Assembly (NCBI GenBank): GCA_029262795.1
Contig: JAJCYT010000026.1
Coordinates: 50,273-114,272, forward strand
Source: Candidatus Fraserbacteria bacterium
GTDB taxonomy: Bacteria; Bipolaricaulota; Bipolaricaulia; RBG-16-55-9; JAJCYT01
DNA: 64,000 nt
Reading direction: 5' to 3'
A program made the translations under genes and the position numbers. Shown one piece after another: positions 1 through 8,341 of this stretch (its first letter is position 1; the number at the start of each line of letters is the position of its first letter). The notes under the pieces were generated by a model. The model saw only the letters and a list, made by a program, of their open reading frames with translations, was not told the DNA's origin and did no database searches.

Positions 1-976
1 ATAACAGTGGATCAAATCGCCTTCATCGCGGACCGCCCGTAAATCTTTTTTCTTGCGCAAATCATTATTGGAAATCAAACCGTTGGCGGCATTGAGAATG
101 TTGCCACTGCATCGATAATTTTGCCCCAAGGTCAATACTTTGGCACCAGGAAAATCACGCTCAAAGTTCAACAAATTGGTGGGGTCCGCCCCACGCCAGG
201 TGAAAATTGCTTGATCGTCATCGCCCACCACACACAGGTTTTGATGCTTTTCCGCCAGCAGACGGGTCAACTCATACTGCGCTACGTTGGTGTCCTGGTA
301 CTCATCCACCAGCATGAATTGGTATCGATTGTGGTAAGTTTCCAAAACTTCTGGAAATGATTCAAATAAATGAACCGTAAGTCGAATCAGGTCCGCAAAG
401 TCAAGGCTGTTACCGCGTTCCAGCTTTTGCTGATACCGCTTAAACACACTGCTGACCACATCGAGCAAGTAATCGTCCAGCGCATCTGCATAAGCGGCTC
501 CAAAACGGTTTGGACCAATCAGATGATCTTTGGCTCGATCGATGAGGGAGGCCAAAAATACGGGCTTAAATTCATCGGTGGACAGTCCCATTTCCTTGAT
601 GCACTCGCTGATCAAGCCTTTGGACTCTGTTTGATCCAGAATCGTAAAATTGCCGTTGTAGTGAGGAGAGAGGCGTTCAATGTGCTCACGCAGCCAACGC
701 GCACAGGTGGCGTGAAAGGTGCGAATCCATGGCGTCTGCCCAAATCCGATTAAGCCAGAAATGCGCTCGGCCATCTCGTCTGCCGCTTTGTTGGTGAAGG
801 TCACACCCAAAATTTGATGGGCCGGCACCGCGTGCTCTGCCATCAAATACGCAATGCGATGAGTGATCACACGCGTTTTCCCGCTGCCCGCCCCTGCGAA
901 AATCAGCAGCGGTCTCTCAACGTGCTGCACCGCCTCCTGCTGAACAGGATTCAATCCCTCTAACAACGCATTCACG
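1..976 (-). CDS. ATP-dependent DNA helicase, UvrD/PcrA/Rep family, N-terminal part; the gene continues beyond the window start
   Basis: Minus-strand translation from the GTG at 974-976 gives VNALLEGLNPVQQEAVQHVERPLLIFAGAGSGKTRVITHRIAYLMAEHAVPAHQILGVTFTNKAADEM. This contains the Walker A GAGSGKT motif and the conserved UvrD N-terminus. An RBS-like AGAGGA lies upstream. The ORF is open to position 1. Confidence 0.8.
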
Positions 977-1085
977 CTAAAAAGTCCTCTCTGGATCGCT
1001 TGATCAAGCTTTACTTTATTCAAAGTTTGTGTGGAACTCAAGATATAGACTTAAGAAAGTAATGATAAAATACAAATATGAGAAA

Positions 1086-1180
1086 GGCTTCAATCCCCCA
1101 ACCCCCTTTGTCTAAAGGGGGCTACGATGTATCTTTGAGTGCTGGTTCTGTTTTATGAATGTTGTTCTTTTCGGGGAAGA
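1086..1180. repeat. Dispersed REP/MITE-like repeat, forward copy (AATCCCCCAACCCCCTTT-N5-AAAGGGGGCTACGAT plus a roughly 55-bp tail ending TTTTCGGGGAAGAG)
   Basis: It matches copies at 18972, 39488, 55713 and 62262. The hairpin core is CCCCCTTT/AAAGGGGG. Confidence 0.75.
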
Positions 1181-1287
1181 GAAAAAAATTTAACCACTTA
1201 ATTCATGCCGTCAATCCTGGTCACATTCATTTATCCTTTGTAAAAGAAGCCTGTTTCTTGAAGCAAAATCCATGCTGAATGATCAAT

Positions 1288-1330
1288 CGTAGCCCCTTTA
1301 AGATCAAAGGGGTTGGGGATTTGAAGCCTT
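1288..1330. repeat. Inverted partial copy of the same repeat, forming an inverted pair with 1086-1127
   Basis: ATCGTAGCCCCTTTAAGATCAAAGGGGTTGGGGATTTGAAGCC is the reverse complement of the forward-copy consensus. Confidence 0.7.
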
Positions 1331-1390
1331 TACCATTTTATGGATAGATTCTTAAGCTTTTAATTTGATTTTATCTGACTGTTCATAAGC

Positions 1391-2404
1391 TCAATCCAAG
1401 CGACGACAGTGTTCTTCCATTTCCTGTGAGGAATCGAACGGAGCCACCTGGATGCGCATGGTTTCTTCGTCACTTTCAAAGCGATAGTGAGCGGGGATGC
1501 GGTGGGAACGATGTGCGTTGCTGTGTGTGGCAGCAATACGACCAGCCAATTCAACGATTTGTTTGATTTCGTTTGGTTTTTTCTCATCCCAGTTGGAACG
1601 AACCAAGGCCATTGGTGCATTGTGAACGGGGATGTAAAGACGAATATCAGTGGGCAGGAAGAAATTTTGCAGCTGTTTTTTCTCCTCCGGATCACAACCA
1701 AGTACAATTTTAACGTCCGGTGATTTTTTGTAGTAGTGTTGGAATTCCAACAGTTCGAGCGAGTTCATCGAAAAGGATTCTTCTTGCAGCAAATCTTCGA
1801 GTCGTACACCAAATCGTGAGGTGGTCAAACGACAACGGCGCTCGGCTGGATAACCTTCCACATTTACGTTCAGCTTTTTGGCCAACTTGACCAAAGCATC
1901 CGGCTGATCGGCGGTGAGTGCAAACAGTTGGCGCAGCCCCATCCAACCTTCGGTTTGTGGCTGGGTTTTCGGCAACAGGCGTGCGGAAAGTGGACGCACA
2001 ATGCGGCTGGCATCACCCACTTGCTCACCAATCCAACGCATATCTTCACTGCCTAAGCCACGCGTACCAACGATTTCGCCAGTGACAATGAAATCGGCAT
2101 TCACACGGCGCATATAACGTAAGCCTTTGGAAAGCATCAGGCTGCGACAGCCCATGCAGCAATCTCTAAGTTGGTAGGAATCATGAATATTGGTCAGTTC
2201 ACGGAAGTGATTTTTAACGCTTTGGCTATGCAAATCTGGCATCCATAACGAACGAGCCAGTTGTTTGGTTTCGCTGAAATATTTAAAAAACGGAGAGCGG
2301 AAGTGGAGAAGGCGAACATCGTCCACATTCGGGGCTTCCATGGCCAATTTTGCGGCAACCACGCTGGCCAAACTGCCTGAAAACAGGGCAACGGCTCGGA
2401 CCAT
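1391..2404 (-). CDS. PP-loop superfamily ATPase-like protein with a degenerate SGGxDS motif and a CCxGC cysteine cluster
   Basis: The 337-aa ORF has an N-terminal VALFSGSLAS stretch that resembles the SGGxDS PP-loop. The central CCMGCR motif is present. The exact family is not resolved. Confidence 0.4.
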   Translation of the reverse strand: MVRAVALFSGSLASVVAAKLAMEAPNVDDVRLLHFRSPFFKYFSETKQLARSLWMPDLHSQSVKNHFRELTNIHDSYQLRDCCMGCRSLMLSKGLRYMRRVNADFIVTGEIVGTRGLGSEDMRWIGEQVGDASRIVRPLSARLLPKTQPQTEGWMGLRQLFALTADQPDALVKLAKKLNVNVEGYPAERRCRLTTSRFGVRLEDLLQEESFSMNSLELLEFQHYYKKSPDVKIVLGCDPEEKKQLQNFFLPTDIRLYIPVHNAPMALVRSNWDEKKPNEIKQIVELAGRIAATHSNAHRSHRIPAHYRFESDEETMRIQVAPFDSSQEMEEHCRRLD

Positions 2405-2419
2405 AAAATAGCAAGGAGC

Positions 2420-2971
2420 TTAGTATTTGGGCGCTAGCAATTCGATCTGTCCATCGGCATGACGGTGCAAAATGTGAAGGCCCCCACCTTCGGCATCATC
2501 AAATAAAAACAAATCTCGATTGTGTGCATCGAGTTGCAACAGAGCTTCGGCCACCGTCATGGGTTTGCGTAGATGGACTTCAGTACGCATAACTTTTTCG
2601 GGATCAATCGCGTTGGAATCGGTTTCAAATGGGTCTTCTAAAGCTCCTGCTTCAACCTCCCCTTCCATTTCCGCGTGTGCGCGATGATCTTTAAGCTGTT
2701 CTTTGAAGCGTGTGAGTTGAACCTTCAGGTTCTCCGTGGCTTCATTGATCGCCATTTGCAAATCCTGGGACTGTGCTTCTGCCTTAACAATCTTTTTGCG
2801 AATCAAATGGGACACCAAACGCACGATAAAGTGATTTTTTTCGTGCTCGACCACAGCATCGATGCTAATGATTCGATCAAGATACCGTTCCAAGGCTTCA
2901 AGTTTGTCTTTGATGCCTTGACGGACTTCAGGTTTTAGTTTGATGTGTCGTTCTGAAACGCGTATTTTCAT
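2420..2971 (-). CDS. hpf: Ribosome hibernation promoting factor, long form
   Basis: The 183-aa protein MKIRVSERHIKL... shows HPF/YfiA-like N-domain features plus a C-terminal dimerisation domain (RKPMTVAEALLQLD...FLF). Confidence 0.75.
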   Translation of the reverse strand: MKIRVSERHIKLKPEVRQGIKDKLEALERYLDRIISIDAVVEHEKNHFIVRLVSHLIRKKIVKAEAQSQDLQMAINEATENLKVQLTRFKEQLKDHRAHAEMEGEVEAGALEDPFETDSNAIDPEKVMRTEVHLRKPMTVAEALLQLDAHNRDLFLFDDAEGGGLHILHRHADGQIELLAPKY

Positions 2972-3056
2972 TGCCGCTTGATCTTAGCACAAACTTGGCA
3001 TAGGGTCAATAGTTTTAAAATAGAAGCCATTTTCTTAATGTTCCCAATCCCTCAGC

Positions 3057-3722
3057 TCAACACCCGTTTGTGATTTTTTTGCCAGAAAAATCGGGACAAA
3101 AATCTTCTTCATCGGGGATGCCATCACCGTCTCGATCTGGCATTTTTAATATAACGATATTCATCACCACTGGCGTTAAGGGTCGATCTCGATCGTCCGT
3201 AGACACATCTGCAATGGCAAGCACAATATCCAAGCCACTAGCCACTTGTCCAAACACCGCAAAGTTGTCGTCTAAAAAGGGCAACGAATCTAGCGAAATA
3301 TAAAACTGGCTACTTCCACTGCTAGGGTCTTGGGCACGAGCCAGGGCCACCACACCAATTTTGTCGTGGCGAAGTTGTTTATTAATTTCAAGCGGTACTT
3401 TAGACTCAGCCCCACCCGTACCACACAAACCGCTTTCTGGATCTGGATCAGGCCGACAGTTTGGGTCACCCCCTTGAATCACAAAGCCTGGAATAATGCG
3501 ATGAAAAGTTAATCCGTTATAAAACCCATCGTTCACCAGATCCAAAAAGTTGTTTCCAGTGATGGGTACCAAATCAGCAAACACCTCGATCTCAATCGTG
3601 CCAAAGTTGGTTTCAAGCACCACAACCGGATTGCCTGTTGCTTCACTTTGGGATTGAGACACATCGCTAAAAATCATCAACCCTACTGTCAAAATAGCCA
3701 ACACCAATATGACGAATCGCAT
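3057..3722 (-). CDS. Secreted cyclophilin-type peptidyl-prolyl cis-trans isomerase with a C-terminal TSP3-like calcium-binding tail
   Basis: There is a signal peptide. The cyclophilin core is FHRIIPGFVIQGGDP. The C-terminal DRDGDGIPDEED repeat is Asp-rich. Confidence 0.8.
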   Translation of the reverse strand: MRFVILVLAILTVGLMIFSDVSQSQSEATGNPVVVLETNFGTIEIEVFADLVPITGNNFLDLVNDGFYNGLTFHRIIPGFVIQGGDPNCRPDPDPESGLCGTGGAESKVPLEINKQLRHDKIGVVALARAQDPSSGSSQFYISLDSLPFLDDNFAVFGQVASGLDIVLAIADVSTDDRDRPLTPVVMNIVILKMPDRDGDGIPDEEDFCPDFSGKKITNGC

Positions 3723-3758
3723 GTGTTTCCTCCTGATAAATCAGTTTGATATCAGGTA

Positions 3759-4400
3759 CTACGCCGCAACCGGCAAACCGATCACCCAAAATTGGATCAA
3801 TGTTTTCATATCGGCATCAGATAAGGGTTGATTCAGGCCAGGCGCAGGTTGACCACCAACCCACAGGCGAACAGCATTTAAGATTTCATCATCATCAATA
3901 AACCCACTGCTGTTGGTGTCTACTGCTTCAGCAACGGAAGTGCCTCCTGAGGAAGTTTCACCTGATGTGCGGAACGAAACTTCCATGCCTAAGTCGCGGT
4001 GGCCTGGGACTGGGCACCACAATTCATAGTCACCTGCGCTGAGTTGCACACGCAAAGTGCGGTTTTGACCGCCAGAAAACACTTCAGTTTCATCATTCAC
4101 ACCATTGCCGGTGATGGCCAAAGCATGAGGCACATTGCCATCGTTGCTGACCAAAAACTCGATGGTGCCTTCTTGAACTTCAATCACGTTTGTGCTGATA
4201 CCCCACTCAAACAAGCTGACATCGACAGTCTGGGCGACTTGTTCCAGCGATGTGTCCGCAGCCACCACTCGAAGTTGGACGTTCATCCATTGAGTGTTCG
4301 TAAAGGTGGTTGATGGATTCATTGTTCCATGAGACCAGGCGGTGGCAGTGACGATCAGCATTAGCGACAGCACGGTGAAAACGATTCGGAAATTACGCAT
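3759..4400 (-). CDS. Secreted cupredoxin-like (type-1 copper) protein with a dockerin-like C-terminal segment
   Basis: There is a signal peptide. H-x38-C-x3-H-x4-M (PHAL...WCPVPGHRDLGM) fits blue-copper ligand spacing. The C-terminal DTNSSGFIDDDEILNAV segment is dockerin or EF-hand-like. Confidence 0.55.
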   Translation of the reverse strand: MRNFRIVFTVLSLMLIVTATAWSHGTMNPSTTFTNTQWMNVQLRVVAADTSLEQVAQTVDVSLFEWGISTNVIEVQEGTIEFLVSNDGNVPHALAITGNGVNDETEVFSGGQNRTLRVQLSAGDYELWCPVPGHRDLGMEVSFRTSGETSSGGTSVAEAVDTNSSGFIDDDEILNAVRLWVGGQPAPGLNQPLSDADMKTLIQFWVIGLPVAA

Positions 4401-4609
4401 TATATGTCCCTCTCTTAAAAAATACCCAAAAGATACTTTATCTTAACTTTTCTTACAAAGCGATTCAAACCCACCGCCATCGTGGTTCAAGTTACTGTGA
4501 AAAACCGGTATGCTCTATAGGGTTGTTTTGCCAAGAGAAGCATCGTATTATCCTGATTCGGCAAACGCCGTTGATCTTTGAACAGGGATCAAGCGGCCAA
4601 AGGACATTT

Positions 4610-5932
4610 ATGCGTGTCATAGTGATTGGCGCAGGAGAAGTTGGTACCGCAATTGCCGAAGCCCTTTACCGCAACAACGATGTGGTGGTACTGGAGCGCG
4701 ATCACGCCCGTTATGAACTGCTGCAAAGCCTGGACATTCTGGTGATCGAAGGCAATGGCTCTTCACCCAAATCGCTGTTGGAAGCTGATGTGGACAAAGC
4801 CAATCTACTGATTGCCTGTACGAACGTCGATGAAATCAACATCGTGGCCTGCGCCACCTCCAAGCAACTCAATCCCAATTTAACCACCATTGTGCGTGTG
4901 CAAGACCCTGATTATCTGACCAATTGGCAGGAAGGTTATTTGGGCGTAGACGTGATGGTGTGTAGCGAACTGATTACCGCAAAATTTATTGCCATGAATT
5001 TGTCGATGCCCGAAGCCAAATATGTCAATGAATTTGCAGGCGGTAAAATTTTGATGACCGAAGTCAAGGTGCGGCGTGGTTCACAACTCGACAATGTGAC
5101 AATCACAGACAGTCGACCTCCTTCTGGTTGTAACGTAACCAGCATCATCCGCAATGGTCAAATCATCATTCCCAGTGGAGAAGATGTTTTGACATCGGGT
5201 GATTTGGTGGTCAGCATTGGCAAGCCTAAAGCGGTGGCAGAGTTCAACCGACGAATGACCGACAATACAAGCTTCCAGAGTGTGGCCATCATCGGCGGCG
5301 GTCGCATTGGCTTTCGTTTGGCCAGAATCCTGGAAAGCAAAGGCATGGCCCCTTACTTGATTGAAGCTGATGAAGAGCGCAGCCGCTGGTTGTCTGAGCG
5401 TCTCAAAAACACCTTGGTGCTGCATCACGATGGCACCGATGTCAACTTTTTAAAACAGGAAAAAATAGACAGTGTTGATGTGGTGGTCAACGTCACCGGC
5501 ACCGAAGAAAAAAACCTTCTGTCTGCCTTACTGCTCAAACGCATGGGAGTGAAACGCGTGTTCTGCCGCGTAAATCAGCCCTCTCACAGCCAGGCATTTG
5601 AAATGGTTGGGGTGGATGTGGCCATCAGCCCACGTAAACTGATTGCCGAAGAAATCATTCGCTTTACTCGAGATAGCGGCACAGAAGCCGTGTCCATGCT
5701 CGAAGAAGATCGCGCCGAAGTGCTGGAGTTGGAAATTCCTGAAAACAGCAAACTCAGTCATCGTTTGCTTGGCGACAAACTGTTCCCTCCTGGCACCATT
5801 GTGGGTGCCATCCTGCGTAATGACCAGGTCATCATGCCCCAGGGAGAAGATGTATTGCTTCCAGGCGATCACGCCATTGTGTTTGCAGAGGAGGACAAGG
5901 TCAAAACGGTGGAGGCGTTGCTAAATCCGTGA
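4610..5932 (+). CDS. trkA: Trk potassium uptake protein TrkA (two RCK_N domains)
   Basis: MRVIVIGAGEVGTAIAEAL is a Rossmann GxGxxG motif. A second such motif, IIGGGRIGFRLA, is present. The protein lies adjacent to trkH. Confidence 0.85.
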   Translation: MRVIVIGAGEVGTAIAEALYRNNDVVVLERDHARYELLQSLDILVIEGNGSSPKSLLEADVDKANLLIACTNVDEINIVACATSKQLNPNLTTIVRVQDPDYLTNWQEGYLGVDVMVCSELITAKFIAMNLSMPEAKYVNEFAGGKILMTEVKVRRGSQLDNVTITDSRPPSGCNVTSIIRNGQIIIPSGEDVLTSGDLVVSIGKPKAVAEFNRRMTDNTSFQSVAIIGGGRIGFRLARILESKGMAPYLIEADEERSRWLSERLKNTLVLHHDGTDVNFLKQEKIDSVDVVVNVTGTEEKNLLSALLLKRMGVKRVFCRVNQPSHSQAFEMVGVDVAISPRKLIAEEIIRFTRDSGTEAVSMLEEDRAEVLELEIPENSKLSHRLLGDKLFPPGTIVGAILRNDQVIMPQGEDVLLPGDHAIVFAEEDKVKTVEALLNP

Positions 5933-7386
5933 AACGCTCAACGGTTGTTGAGGTTCGCCCTGCCTTGCATCTGATTGCGGCCATCATTCGTTGGTTAAGC
6001 CTGACTTACCTCCCCCCTTTGATTGCTTCATTTTATTACCGTGAATCCTTTTGGCCATTTCTTATTCCGATGATTCTGGCTGTGATCATCGGCTTTGTCG
6101 GTGAACGCTTGACGCGATCTCCTAAGGAGCTTGGGATTCGTGAAGGCTTTTTGGTTGTCGCATTGGCTTGGTTGTCGATTGCAGCGTTTGGCGCGCTGCC
6201 CTATATCTTTTCCAATGTCAATCTCATCAACGCTTACTTTGAATCCATGAGTGGTTTCACCACCACAGGCGCAACCATTCTTAACGACATTGCCGAGCAG
6301 CCTCGCAGCCTGCTGTTGTGGCGGCAGTTTACCCAATGGTTAGGTGGCATGGGTATTATCGTACTGGCTGTGGCCATTTTACCAAAGCTGTCGGTGGGGG
6401 GGCGTCAATTGATGGAGGCCGAAGCCCCTGGCCCACAGGTAGACAAGTTGTATCCGCGCATTTACCAAACGGCACGCACGCTGTGGTTGTTGTATGTGGG
6501 ACTGACCGTGGTGGAATTTGCGATCTTTAAAATGCTGGGCATGTCCTTTTACGACAGCCTGGGGCATGCGCTGACCAATGTGGCCACAGGTGGGTTTTCT
6601 CCCGAACCGCGTAGCATCGAAGCATTTGGCCCTGCCATCCAATGGGTGGTCATTGTCTTTATGGTCATTGCCGGCACCAACTTCATTTTGCTTTATCGTG
6701 TGATTTCAGGCCGCTTTAATCGACTGTGGCAGGATCGAGAATTTCATTTTTACTTAGGTTTGATTTTCATCGCCGGCCTCACCATCACCTTATTGCTCCC
6801 TGGCGATTCCTGGGAAGAAAACATTCGCCACGGCTGGTTTCAGGCCATCACCATGATCACCGGCACCGGCTATGCCAGCACGGACTTTGATCAATGGTCA
6901 AGCACGCTCAAAATGATTTTGCTGACACTGATGTTTTTTGGTGGCTGTGCCGGAAGCACCACAGGCTCTATCAAAATTGTGCGTTTTGTTCTGGTGATTA
7001 AATTTCTGTTCCGTGAACTGCGAAAGGCCATCCACCCTCAGGCTGTCATTCCTATTCGACTGGGCAATCAAGTGGTTCCCGAAAACGCCCTCGGTGGCAT
7101 CATAGGCTTTACCGTTCTGTACTTTACGACTTTTGCATTTGGCAGCATTTTAATTTTGCTGGATGCTCAACGCGTTGGATTAGATTTAAGCGTGCTTGAA
7201 GGCATCAGTGTTGCTGCAGCAACGTTGGGCAACGTGGGTCCAGCTTTTGGCATTGCAGGCCCAATGGCTTCTTATGATGCCTTCCCCGAAACCTCAAAGT
7301 TGTTAATGATCTTCCTGATGTGGGCAGGCCGTTTAGAATTGTTCCCTGTGTTAGTGCTGCTCACACGTGGCTATTGGCGTCGCTGA
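5929..7386 (+). CDS. trkH: Trk potassium uptake membrane protein TrkH
   Basis: The 485-aa polytopic protein has repeated selectivity-filter-like GxG segments (TTTGATIL, TGTGYAS, GNVGP). Its start overlaps trkA by 4 nt. Confidence 0.85.
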   Translation: MKRSTVVEVRPALHLIAAIIRWLSLTYLPPLIASFYYRESFWPFLIPMILAVIIGFVGERLTRSPKELGIREGFLVVALAWLSIAAFGALPYIFSNVNLINAYFESMSGFTTTGATILNDIAEQPRSLLLWRQFTQWLGGMGIIVLAVAILPKLSVGGRQLMEAEAPGPQVDKLYPRIYQTARTLWLLYVGLTVVEFAIFKMLGMSFYDSLGHALTNVATGGFSPEPRSIEAFGPAIQWVVIVFMVIAGTNFILLYRVISGRFNRLWQDREFHFYLGLIFIAGLTITLLLPGDSWEENIRHGWFQAITMITGTGYASTDFDQWSSTLKMILLTLMFFGGCAGSTTGSIKIVRFVLVIKFLFRELRKAIHPQAVIPIRLGNQVVPENALGGIIGFTVLYFTTFAFGSILILLDAQRVGLDLSVLEGISVAAATLGNVGPAFGIAGPMASYDAFPETSKLLMIFLMWAGRLELFPVLVLLTRGYWRR

Positions 7387-7390
7387 AAAT

Positions 7391-8230
7391 TTACTCTTTC
7401 TTACCAGGCAGAATAATAATTTTACCATCTTCAAGTTTATATGTACCCGGAGATAAAATAATGGTGTCACCAGGTTTAGGAATAATGCCTGAACCAGAAC
7501 TGTTATCAGGTTTGATTTTGTTTGGTGGGATATAAAATTCTTCAATAGATCTGGGTGGCACCTTGATGCCTTTTGGTAATTGAATTTCTATCTTAGGAAA
7601 CTTTTCGCTAAATTCATCAATCCCACCTTTGGGCAACATTATCGCACCGCCATCACAACATTTTGGATTGGCTTCAATGTGGCGTACGAACCTGTATCCG
7701 TGCACAATCGCTAGCCGGAAAGAGGCCACCAAATCACCTTTAGGAAACGTTTCCCCGCCCAACTTAACCTCTTTGGCTGCTCTGGCTTGAATTTCAAAAG
7801 TCCATAAATAAAGCTGAACGGAGATGGTTTTCTGAAGACAAGGTTGTACGCTTTTCCAGTTTTTGGGAATGCTTTTTAGGTCAATCTTCTTAACTCGATC
7901 TTCCTTAAACATTGATTGAACGTCTTCTAGCACCTTGGCTAGAAGCTTATCGTCGGCAAGCCTTGCTTCATTTGATTTACGCACCCCTTCCAACATCTGG
8001 CTGCGCTCGCGACCTTGTAAAAATTTTGGATCAAACTGATCATCCAGTAAATCATCTTCTAATGGGAATTTTCTATTTGCGCCTCCTGGCTCAGGGTGAC
8101 AATCGTATAAAAAAATATCGTGTCGTCCTTTTTCATATTCAAATAAGATGAGCTTGGAGGTGAACACAAGCGAACCACGTTTAAGCATGATGTTGACTCC
8201 CTTGATCAGTTTTAGCTTATTGTAAAACAA
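7391..8230 (-). CDS. Hypothetical protein (orphan, AT-rich cargo ORF)
   Basis: The 279-aa ORF is about 37% GC in a roughly 50% GC context. I recognise no domain. It sits between the trkH 3' end and a degenerate duplicate of that end. Confidence 0.5.
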   Translation of the reverse strand: MFYNKLKLIKGVNIMLKRGSLVFTSKLILFEYEKGRHDIFLYDCHPEPGGANRKFPLEDDLLDDQFDPKFLQGRERSQMLEGVRKSNEARLADDKLLAKVLEDVQSMFKEDRVKKIDLKSIPKNWKSVQPCLQKTISVQLYLWTFEIQARAAKEVKLGGETFPKGDLVASFRLAIVHGYRFVRHIEANPKCCDGGAIMLPKGGIDEFSEKFPKIEIQLPKGIKVPPRSIEEFYIPPNKIKPDNSSGSGIIPKPGDTIILSPGTYKLEDGKIIILPGKKE

Positions 8231-8244
8231 ATGGTGTTTTTTTG

Positions 8245-8340
8245 TCGAATGTAGCGAATTGTATTGAATGTTTTTCTGATATGGGCAGGTCGTCTGGCAT
8301 TGTTCCCCGTGCTGCTGACTCGCGGTTATTGGCGTCGATA
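8245..8340 (+). pseudogene. Degenerate duplicate of the trkH 3' end (it encodes WAGRLALFPVLLTRGYWRR* compared with the authentic WAGRLELFPVLVLLTRGYWRR*)
   Basis: It shows about 80% nt identity to 7300-7386 with a 3-bp indel. It has no upstream ORF body. Confidence 0.75.
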
Positions 8341-8341
8341 G

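Noticed and set aside
121-753. Two plus-strand ORFs at the window start
   Set aside because: They are antisense to the uvrD-like helicase gene, whose Walker A GAGSGKT motif reads on the minus strand.
1360-1707. 115-aa minus-strand ORF
   Set aside because: It is nested out of frame within the 3' part of the PP-loop protein gene, so the longer ORF is preferred.
4470-4522. tRNA-like GGTTCAAGT segment
   Set aside because: There is no acceptor-stem complementarity or cloverleaf, and I found no tRNA anywhere in the window by eye.
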